Shown piece after piece: positions 1-5,539 of a DNA stretch of 6,124 bases. The first letter of the stretch is position 1, and every line of letters begins with the position of its first letter. The notes below the pieces were generated by a model. The model was given only the letters and a program-made list of their open reading frames with translations, searched no databases and was not told the origin of the DNA. Source of the DNA: a virus. Position numbers and translations under genes: made by a program. The stretch covers positions 1 to 6,124 of IMG/VR virus record IMGVR_UViG_3300020029_000001; one strand, given 5' to 3'.

Positions 1-121
1 CCAAAGTATTATAACGAGGCTCTGCTTGATCCGTCCTGGTTTATTCGAAAATTCAACGAACGCCTACGTCACAAACTCGGTCATTCGTTTAAACATGCTT
101 TTTTCCAGGAGTTTGGTACTC
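1..121. repeat. Terminal redundancy, left copy (exact duplicate of 6004-6124); signature of a circular 6003-nt molecule
   Basis: Read base by base, 1-121 (ccaaagtattataacgagg...ccaggagtttggtactc) is identical to 6004-6124. The Rep reading frame passes from 6003 into 6004 (=1) without interruption. Confidence 0.97.
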
Positions 122-807
122 ATCCAGAAACAGGAAGTGAGCCTCGATTGCATTTTCATGGCTTCTTATTTGGCACAAACGTCCTCTATAACACGATTCG
201 TTCTGCTGTTCGAGACCTTGGTTTTGTTTGGTTAGCGAAAGCAACCCACAAGCGTGCTCGTTACTGCGTTAAGTACGTCACTAAGCAAATTCAATTCAAC
301 CCCGATGAAATTTCGGATAAATATGTTACCGTAAATGGAAACCTTACACCTTTATCTTGCCTCCTCCAACATCGCCGTTATACGCGAAAATTCGTATCTG
401 CTGGCGTTGGTGACTTTCTTGGTTATATGCCTCGTCCTTCTTCTCGTGTCTCGTCGTGGTCTTATTTTGATATTGAGAAGCGTATCAATTATAATTACTC
501 GATTCCTCGATATTATCTTAGATACCTTAAACCGGAAGACGACGTTATTCGCTCGGTTGCCGCTGCTGATGCTTATTCACGTTTTAGCAAGTCTCCTCTG
601 GTTAAGCGTATTGTGTCTCTGTGTGTTGAGCGGTTCAACCTCAATTCCTCCGTATCCCGTAGAGAGAGCTATACGTGGGAGCAAAAGCAAATAATGCGTT
701 TTTCCGCCTCCTCTCACAAGATGCCTGATTTCGATCCTCCAACGTGGCTGGATTTGGACATTCTTCAATTTTGGAGAGATCACTATAAACTTCAACTAAA
801 CATTTAA
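1..807 (+). CDS. VP4: Replication initiation protein (Microviridae VP4 / phiX174 A-like HUH rolling-circle endonuclease), C-terminal 268 codons; the 5' part lies at 5740-6003 across the circular junction
   Basis: Frame 1 is open from base 1 (PKYYNEALLDPSWFIRKFNERLRHKLGHSFKHAFFQEFGTHPETGSEPRLHFHGFLFG...). The HUH motif is LHFHGFLF (148-171; H at 151-153 and 157-159). The two-tyrosine catalytic motif is YCVKYVTK (262-285; YxxKYxxK as in phiX174 protein A). The stop is at 805-807. The track's start at 148 is an internal TTG, not the true start. Confidence 0.93.
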   Translation, partial: PKYYNEALLDPSWFIRKFNERLRHKLGHSFKHAFFQEFGTHPETGSEPRLHFHGFLFGTNVLYNTIRSAVRDLGFVWLAKATHKRARYCVKYVTKQIQFNPDEISDKYVTVNGNLTPLSCLLQHRRYTRKFVSAGVGDFLGYMPRPSSRVSSWSYFDIEKRINYNYSIPRYYLRYLKPEDDVIRSVAAADAYSRFSKSPLVKRIVSLCVERFNLNSSVSRRESYTWEQKQIMRFSASSHKMPDFDPPTWLDLDILQFWRDHYKLQLNI

Positions 808-810
808 TTT

Positions 811-2604
811 ATGGGAAAACAACCTTTTATTTCGCATGCCGTAAACGGTTATTCTCGATACGACGTTCCCGAGAGTAAGGCGTTTACGTGTACACCAGGT
901 ATTTTATATCCGGTGCGGATCGATTTTATCAATGCTCGAGATCGCGTATCCATTGAGCAAGGCATCGACGTTCGTAGCAATTCGCTCGCCGTTCCGTCAT
1001 TCAATCCTTACACCATTCGTTTGCATCGTTTTTGGGTGCCGCTTCAGTTGTATCACCCTGAGTTGAGGACGAATAGTAGTAAGTTTGATATGAATAATTT
1101 GAGCTTGAACTTCGTTGCCGCTTCGTCAACCGCTTCTTACGCATTCACTTACAATAACTATCCCTATTCCAACTCGTTGCTTCGTTGGTTACGCATTATT
1201 CCCGCTTCTATCCCGGCAACAACTTCTAGTAACGTTCCTATGTCGCCGAACCTTACGACCGCTCAATTGGGATATCCCTTAGGTTGGTGCACTGCCGATT
1301 CTTATCTTGCTTATTGGGATATCGTCCGCAATTACTATGGTTATTCCCAGTGGGGACTTTACTCTTTTGCTTGGCCCAGCACTTGGTGGTTCGTCCCTAA
1401 TAGCACTGGTACTGCGTATAATGTCCCTCAGTTCGCTGACAAATCGGTGTTTTTCTCGCAAAGATTCGGAAATCTCGAATATCTTGATGCTTATTATGAA
1501 AGCCAATTTTACCCTTCGGCTGTAGGTTCGTCGAACAATACGTATAATAGAGGAAATCTTTTTTCCCAGATATTACTTTCAGACCTTGGCGCTACGATTA
1601 CTGCTTCCAGAGATGGTTACCCTGTTTCTACTATTTATCCTGGAAGCACCTCGCTAACTACCGCAGGCCCCGCGAATCAATTTGCTACTAACCCTGGTAC
1701 TTCGACCGTCACTACGCTTGGGGCGTTTTTAGTGTCTCATCCGATGGCTGTTGTACCTTCAAACCCCGATCGATATAGTCGCCTGCTCCCCGTCGGCAGT
1801 TCTGAGGGTGTTTCTATGACCGGCGTTTCAACTATACCACAGTTGGCTATTGCTTCTCGTCTTCAAGAATATAAGGATTTGCTTGGTGCTGGTGGTAGTC
1901 GATATAGCGATTGGTTGGAAACATTCTTTGCATCGAAAATCGAGCACGTTGATCGTCCTAAACTTTTATTTAGCGCCTCACAGACCGTTAATGTTCAGGT
2001 TGTTATGAATCAGGCCGGTGCTAACAATTTCGAAAGCGATCAATACTCCATGCCTGCCCTTGGACAGCAAGGTGGCGCTATCGCTTTTAACGATCGCCTT
2101 GGTCGTCGACAGTCCTATTACTTCCGCGAACCTGGTTATTTGATTGACATGCTGAGTATTCGCCCCGTCTACTATTGGGCAGGCGTCTACCCTGATTATC
2201 TCCATTACACTGGTGCTGATTATTTTAATCCGATCTATAACGACATTGGATATCAGGATGTTCCTGGGTTCCAGTTTGGTTTCGGAACTACTTCGGCCTC
2301 GGAGACCGTAGCCTACGAACCGTGTTTTAACGAGTTTCGATCCTCGTATGACGAGGTTCTTGGTCAGCTGTCTCGATTCCAAGGTACTGCTACCAGTGTA
2401 CCTCTTTATTCTTATTGGGTTCAACAGCGCGTTTTGTCGGCGAGCTATAATCAGTATTACTCCCTTCTGTTCGTGGATATTGATAATGTAAACTCTCCGT
2501 TCGCTTCCAAGACGGAAGATAACTTTTTCGTTAACCTTTCGTATTCTGTTCAGAAGAAGAACTTAGTTAATAAAACATTTGCAACCCGTTTGTCTAATCG
2601 TTAA
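811..2604 (+). CDS. VP1: Major capsid protein (Microviridae VP1 / F-like), 597 aa
   Basis: This is the longest ORF. It contains blocks I recognise as conserved in gokushovirus-type VP1. These are the N-terminal G.L.P...(I/V)..D...... FNPYTIRLHRFWVPLQLY block, SYLAYWDIVRNYYG, AIASRLQEYKDLLGAGGSRYSDWLETFF (GGSRY at 1891-1905), RPKLLFSAS, and YEPCFNEFRSSYDEVLGQL near the C-terminus. It starts 3 nt after the Rep stop. Confidence 0.95.
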   Translation: MGKQPFISHAVNGYSRYDVPESKAFTCTPGILYPVRIDFINARDRVSIEQGIDVRSNSLAVPSFNPYTIRLHRFWVPLQLYHPELRTNSSKFDMNNLSLNFVAASSTASYAFTYNNYPYSNSLLRWLRIIPASIPATTSSNVPMSPNLTTAQLGYPLGWCTADSYLAYWDIVRNYYGYSQWGLYSFAWPSTWWFVPNSTGTAYNVPQFADKSVFFSQRFGNLEYLDAYYESQFYPSAVGSSNNTYNRGNLFSQILLSDLGATITASRDGYPVSTIYPGSTSLTTAGPANQFATNPGTSTVTTLGAFLVSHPMAVVPSNPDRYSRLLPVGSSEGVSMTGVSTIPQLAIASRLQEYKDLLGAGGSRYSDWLETFFASKIEHVDRPKLLFSASQTVNVQVVMNQAGANNFESDQYSMPALGQQGGAIAFNDRLGRRQSYYFREPGYLIDMLSIRPVYYWAGVYPDYLHYTGADYFNPIYNDIGYQDVPGFQFGFGTTSASETVAYEPCFNEFRSSYDEVLGQLSRFQGTATSVPLYSYWVQQRVLSASYNQYYSLLFVDIDNVNSPFASKTEDNFFVNLSYSVQKKNLVNKTFATRLSNR

Positions 2605-2616
2605 TATATTGATCTT

Positions 2617-2913
2617 ATGGCACTTGATTGGTTACTTGAAGATTCACCCGCCTATATCTCTCGTGGTCAGCGTATCCTTTCCGTTCTTAATGGCTCTGGG
2701 TCCGTTGACGTCCTTCCTGGTCGTCCGGATGTGATAGCCGAACCTTCTGATTTTGAGAAGGGAGAGAAGTTCAACCCTGATATAGATTTCGATCCTAACT
2801 CCTTTTCTCGTATGGATAAGTTTGACGGCCTCGAGGTTGGACAGGAACTTATTGATTCTCAGTTAGATAAGTCTAAGTCTACCTCAAAGCCTTCCGATTC
2901 TGAAGAAAAATAG
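2617..2913 (+). CDS. Hypothetical acidic protein, 98 aa (possible scaffolding-type protein; function not established)
   Basis: ATG-initiated ORF starting 12 nt after the VP1 stop, on the same strand. About one residue in five is D/E (DIDFDPNSF, DSQLDKSKSTSKPSDSEEK tail). There is no competing ORF. I recognise no family motif. Confidence 0.55.
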   Translation: MALDWLLEDSPAYISRGQRILSVLNGSGSVDVLPGRPDVIAEPSDFEKGEKFNPDIDFDPNSFSRMDKFDGLEVGQELIDSQLDKSKSTSKPSDSEEK

Positions 2914-2943
2914 TATATCCTTTACTTGAAGATATATGCTACG

Positions 2944-3021
2944 TGCGCGGACCCCTTCTGTAAGAGTCCGTGAATTTCTGAAGGTTATTGGTAACGACTG
3001 CAGGAGAGGCCGCGCATTTTT
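2944..3021 (+). terminator. Long imperfect GC-clamped hairpin followed by a T5 run; possible intrinsic terminator or ssDNA structural element after the VP1/ORF98 unit
   Basis: tgcgcgg (2944-2950) pairs 7/7 with ccgcgca (3010-3016). After a bulged a2951, cc (2952-2953) pairs with gg (3008-3009). cttctg (2955-2960) pairs with caggag (3001-3006) with one T.G. An inner stem agtc (2965-2968) pairs with gact (2996-2999). ttttt follows at 3017-3021. The enclosed loop is long for a classical terminator. Confidence 0.3.
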
Positions 3022-3060
3022 CTATCGTTCTTTATTTAATTGTTTACACCATTGTGGCGA

Positions 3061-3116
3061 GGTGTCGCATTTCGCGGTTCGGAGAACCGCCCCGAACGAA
3101 GTGAGGGTGCGGCACC
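3061..3116 (+). other. GC-rich nested stem-loop with two mutually exclusive inner folds (structured DNA/RNA element of unknown role)
   Basis: The outer stem ggtgtcgc (3061-3068) pairs with gcggcacc (3109-3116), 8 pairs with one T.G. The inner perfect hairpin is gcggttc (3074-3080) / gaaccgc (3084-3090) with loop gga. An alternative fold is gttcgg (3077-3082) / ccgaac (3092-3097) plus ttc (3071-3073) / gaa (3098-3100). Confidence 0.5.
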
Positions 3117-3142
3117 GTAGCTTCCCTTAAATTTTCAATATC

Positions 3143-3334
3143 ATGTCAGACGCTAAACAACCTTTCTATAAATCAAAGGCTTTCTGGACGCTCGTTTCAT
3201 CTATCATTGCTGCGTTGGCTGCCTTTTTTCTCTCTTCTTGTTCAGCTCAAGCTAGGATGCAGCGTAGTGGCGTTCATATTGACACAGTTCGCGTTGATTA
3301 CATCATTCGTTCTAACAATTTAACCCACATATAG
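3143..3334 (+). CDS. Small predicted lipoprotein / membrane peptide, 63 aa (candidate lysis or superinfection-exclusion factor)
   Basis: The sequence has the layout of a type II signal peptide. The n-region is Lys-bearing (MSDAKQPFYKSKAF) and the h-region is WTLVSSIIAALAAFF. The lipobox is L-S-S-C, with Cys33 encoded at 3239-3241. The mature peptide is 31 aa. The stop TAG (3332-3334) lies 1 nt before the VP2 ATG. Confidence 0.6.
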   Translation: MSDAKQPFYKSKAFWTLVSSIIAALAAFFLSSCSAQARMQRSGVHIDTVRVDYIIRSNNLTHI

Positions 3335-3335
3335 T

Positions 3336-4586
3336 ATGCCTGATCATATTGTTGCCTCTTCCTTTGGCCAGGCTCTTGGTCAGTCGGCCGCATCTACTGG
3401 TACTACCGGTTTAATTTCTGGCGCGCTCGGTCAACTTTTTGGAGGCATGAATGCCCGCCGACAGTGGAAATATCAGCAAAAACAAATGGCTCTTCAGCAA
3501 AAGTACTCTTTAGAGCAAATGCAAAAACAATCTGAGTTATCCTACGCTAATTGGCAGAAACAGTTCGATTATGAGAATGCTTACAACGATCCTTCGAAGG
3601 TCTTTGATCGTTATTTAAAGGCTGGTGTAACCCCCGCCGCCGCTTTAGGCTCTTCCGGTGTTGGCGTAAATGCCACTATGTCAGGAGGTTCTGCGTCTAC
3701 ACCCTCTGCTTCTGGTCCCTCCGGCGGCTCCCCGATTGCCCCTGGTGGCTTTGCTCCTGTTGATCCTACCTCTATTGCTCAAAATATGATTGCCCAGTCT
3801 ACGGTTGACCGCAATACTGCTGCCGCTAATCGAGATGACGCGGAGGCTGATTTAATGCGTGGTAATACGCACAGCCTTGAATGGCGTAAAGATATGGATA
3901 CTCTTGAAAAGAAAGCTCTTGAGCACAACATTAATAACGTACAAGAACTCGTTCGTCTTAATCGTGCTCTTGCTGATATACACGCTGCTGATGCTGAGTA
4001 CGCTGATCTTATGGCTACTTACAAATTTCAAGACTTTGTGGCTATGTACGCGAAGCATGTCGAGGAAGCGAATCAGATTAAGCGATTCAATGATAAGTAT
4101 TTCGACTCTGTTTATGCTGCACAGGTCGCTCGAGATTATGCTGCTGCCTTCGAATCTGCCGCCTCTGGCGACGTCTTGAATGTTGAATCTGAAATACGTA
4201 AAGTTAATCTGGCTGATCTTCGCGAGTGGTTCGCCCTTAATTGGGATTCGGAAATCGACGTTCCCGAGGTTAATGAGAAGGGCAAACCTACCGGCAAGAC
4301 GATTAAGATGACAGGTCGCCAGATTCATCAGAGACTAATGGGCTTAGCCGCCTCGGAAGGTGAGCAGGGACTCTCAGGCCGTTGGTTTCAAAACCGATCA
4401 AGTAAAAACGCTTTTGGCTATAGTATGGCTAGAACTGCTTTGTCTGGCGCCATAGCCATCGCCGGCTCGGCTGTCGCGAAGCGTCCTGTTTCTGTCGGTT
4501 ATGAAGAAAGTAGAGAAAATTACGATAAATACGGTGAGTATTCTGGAGGCTCGAGAGTCACCCGTCGCAATATGATGACAAAATGA
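3336..4586 (+). CDS. VP2: Minor capsid / DNA pilot protein (Microviridae VP2, phiX174 H analogue), 416 aa
   Basis: The N-terminus is Gly-zipper-like (GQALGQSAASTGTTGLISGALGQLFGG). It is followed by a Q/K-rich helical block ending in YENAYNDPSKVFDRYLKAGVTPAAALG. That ending resembles the conserved ...YN.P..Q..R...AGLNP... signature of gokushovirus-type VP2. Next come a G/S/P/A linker and a long charged helical region. The position downstream of VP1 is canonical. Confidence 0.8.
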   Translation: MPDHIVASSFGQALGQSAASTGTTGLISGALGQLFGGMNARRQWKYQQKQMALQQKYSLEQMQKQSELSYANWQKQFDYENAYNDPSKVFDRYLKAGVTPAAALGSSGVGVNATMSGGSASTPSASGPSGGSPIAPGGFAPVDPTSIAQNMIAQSTVDRNTAAANRDDAEADLMRGNTHSLEWRKDMDTLEKKALEHNINNVQELVRLNRALADIHAADAEYADLMATYKFQDFVAMYAKHVEEANQIKRFNDKYFDSVYAAQVARDYAAAFESAASGDVLNVESEIRKVNLADLREWFALNWDSEIDVPEVNEKGKPTGKTIKMTGRQIHQRLMGLAASEGEQGLSGRWFQNRSSKNAFGYSMARTALSGAIAIAGSAVAKRPVSVGYEESRENYDKYGEYSGGSRVTRRNMMTK

Positions 4587-4632
4587 ACAATCTCCCCGAC
4601 CTTTTGAACTTTACTACTCATTCTTTTTGCCG

Positions 4633-4640
4633 TATATTTG
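4633..4640 (+). promoter_or_regulatory. Candidate Bacteroides-type -7 promoter element (TAnnTTTG)
   Basis: tatatttg matches the Bacteroides -7 consensus TAnnTTTG exactly. It sits in the 80-nt spacer, 27 nt upstream of the ATG at 4667. TTTG motifs lie upstream at 4603-4606 and 4626-4629, but neither has the usual ~19-21 nt spacing. The same 8-mer pattern also occurs inside coding regions (1080, 2817, 5563, 5710), so a chance match is plausible. Confidence 0.25.
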
Positions 4641-4666
4641 TATCGTAAACCAATAACCACACTACC

Positions 4667-4987
4667 ATGAAAAAAGTAAGTAAAAAGTCCAGAACTGACG
4701 ATCTGTTAATTGACCTTGTAGAGTACATGTTCGTTGAGTGGCTTGTTCGTCGAGGTGTATTTACCGCTTTTAAGTCGAATTACGAGCATGCCTTTTCGCT
4801 TCGTGCGGGCTTCCGTGAACGCCTTCGCGGTCAGATTCGACGCGCTCTCAATGGTTCTGGTTTCGGCGTAAGCCACCTTATCACTTCCTCGTTTCTGTTT
4901 ACTTCGACACCTGAAGGTGTCAAGTTTTGGGGCAAAGAGTCTGCCGCCTGGGAGCGTTTTTGCGTTAAATTCCAAGTAAAACTTTAA
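4667..4987 (+). CDS. Hypothetical protein, 106 aa
   Basis: ATG ORF with an A-rich leader and a Lys-rich N-terminus (MKKVSKKSR). It is basic and helical-looking, with the C-terminal motif FLFTSTPEGVKFWGKESAAWERF. It is the first gene after the VP2 spacer. The only overlapping ORF is antisense. Confidence 0.6.
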   Translation: MKKVSKKSRTDDLLIDLVEYMFVEWLVRRGVFTAFKSNYEHAFSLRAGFRERLRGQIRRALNGSGFGVSHLITSSFLFTSTPEGVKFWGKESAAWERFCVKFQVKL

Positions 4988-4998
4988 ATTATATTACT

Positions 4999-5322
4999 AT
5001 GACACAGATTCATATCGTTGTCCGGCGTGTTAGTCCGGCCCTCAAGGTTGACCTCGTCCAGATAGGTCGTCTCAAAGATGGTCAGTTTGATCCACTTCCT
5101 CTCGGCGCTTTTGCGAACACTCCTATTGCACGCTTCTTGGAGAGTTCGGATATTAGCGACTCACTTTACGTCAAACACTCGAAAATTACTGATCTTATTG
5201 CTGCTTGTGAAGGTCTCCCCGGCTTTGGCGTCGAGTTTTTTGACAATACGATAGTTCTCATGTTCGATTTTGATCTCAACTACGATGAAGGCGCGACGAA
5301 AGAAGAAGGGAAAGGGCACTAA
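4999..5322 (+). CDS. Hypothetical protein, 107 aa, acidic C-terminal tail
   Basis: ATG ORF starting 11 nt after the preceding stop, on the same strand. It ends in FDFDLNYDEGATKEEGKGH. I recognise no family motif. Confidence 0.6.
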   Translation: MTQIHIVVRRVSPALKVDLVQIGRLKDGQFDPLPLGAFANTPIARFLESSDISDSLYVKHSKITDLIAACEGLPGFGVEFFDNTIVLMFDFDLNYDEGATKEEGKGH

Positions 5323-5365
5323 AGTTGTGACCCGCCCGCTTGGTGGAAGAGTTCTTTGATGCAGT

Positions 5366-5397
5366 GGACCTGTGGGAGACTCTTCTCCTGCAGGTTC
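5366..5397 (+). other. Stable hairpin in the ORF107-ORF66 spacer
   Basis: cctgtgggaga (5369-5379) pairs with tctcctgcagg (5384-5394), 11 pairs including two central G.T/T.G, with loop ctct (5380-5383). It can extend through a5368-t5395, g5367.t5396 and g5366-c5397. No T-run follows. Confidence 0.55.
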
Positions 5398-5417
5398 CCT
5401 CATTGCTATATACCCTT

Positions 5418-5513
5418 CGAGCCGTTAAGAGCGCGGCGAGTAAGTGTTTCCGGAGCCGATGATATCGCGGACGCGAGATCGAGGCCCGAAACAGCGCAGC
5501 CCGCTTAGGCTCG
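5418..5513 (+). other. About 96-nt nested, imperfect extended hairpin (candidate ssDNA origin/primosome-type or regulatory structure)
   Basis: Three concentric inverted repeats are present. The outer one is cgagcc (5418-5423) / ggctcg (5508-5513), plus taag (5426-5429) / ctta (5504-5507). The middle one is gtttccgg (5446-5453) / cccgaaac (5485-5492), with 7 of 8 pairs. The apical hairpin is gatatcgc (5461-5468) / gcgagatc (5473-5480), with 7 of 8 pairs and loop ggac. Confidence 0.45.
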
Positions 5514-5539
5514 TGTTTTGTGAATTAATTTTTTTAACC

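Noticed and set aside
26-235. 69-aa ORF 26-235, and the track's 148-807 start for the Rep ORF
   Set aside because: ORF 26-235 starts at a TTG and is out of frame within Rep. Base 148 is an internal TTG (Leu of LHFHGFLF). The Rep frame is open from base 1 and joins 5740-6003 across the circle.
561-573. 13-nt direct repeat cgctgctgatgct at 561-573 and 3983-3995
   Set aside because: Both copies encode Ala-Ala-Asp-Ala with the genome's preferred codons. A single 13-mer coincidence in 6 kb is within chance expectation.
577-795. Minus-strand ORFs (577-795, 1279-1506, 1978-2424, 3852-4328, 4706-4975, 5161-5403, 5534-5728)
   Set aside because: Each lies antisense to a well-supported or longer + strand gene. 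Microviridae genes are all encoded on the packaged (+) strand. None shows a recognisable motif. The products are low-complexity or Arg/Ser/Ile-rich, as expected from reverse-complement reading.
1080-1087. Additional TAnnTTTG matches inside coding sequence (1080-1087, 2817-2824, 5563-5570)
   Set aside because: Two of the three arise from the codon string AAG-TTT-GA(T/C) (Lys-Phe-Asp) within genes. They show that the motif occurs by chance in this T-rich genome, which is why the 4633-4640 promoter call is kept at low confidence.
1307-1525. Hydrophobic +1-frame ORFs inside VP1 (1307-1525), VP2 (3859-4179) and ORF66/Rep (5568-5771)
   Set aside because: T-rich third codon positions of the host gene become second positions in the +1 frame. 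This automatically yields L/I/V/F-rich, stop-poor reading frames. These ORFs are short and have no independent support.
2998-3007. 10-nt inverted match between the two structured spacers (ctgcaggaga at 2998-3007 vs tctcctgcag at 5384-5393), and recurrence of ctgcagg (also at 5971-5977)
   Set aside because: Six of the ten bases are the self-complementary ctgcag, so the real information content is small. The flanks do not align. This is not enough to claim a shared element.
2936-3130. Arg-rich 64-aa ORF as a confident CDS (J/VP8-like DNA-binding peptide)
   Set aside because: It coincides almost exactly with two extensive inverted-repeat structures, and its Arg content follows from the local GC-richness. 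It is kept only as an alternative hypothesis in the findings, not annotated as a gene.
5334-5343. Direct repeat gcccgctt at 5334-5341 and 5499-5506, considered as possible iterons
   Set aside because: There are only two copies of an 8-mer in a GC-rich spacer, with no further repeats or regular spacing.
5444-5539. GTG start at 5444 giving a 98-aa version of ORF66
   Set aside because: The extra 32 codons run through the nested hairpin region and encode an Arg/Pro-rich sequence typical of GC-rich non-coding DNA. The ATG at 5540 follows an AT-rich leader like every other gene here.
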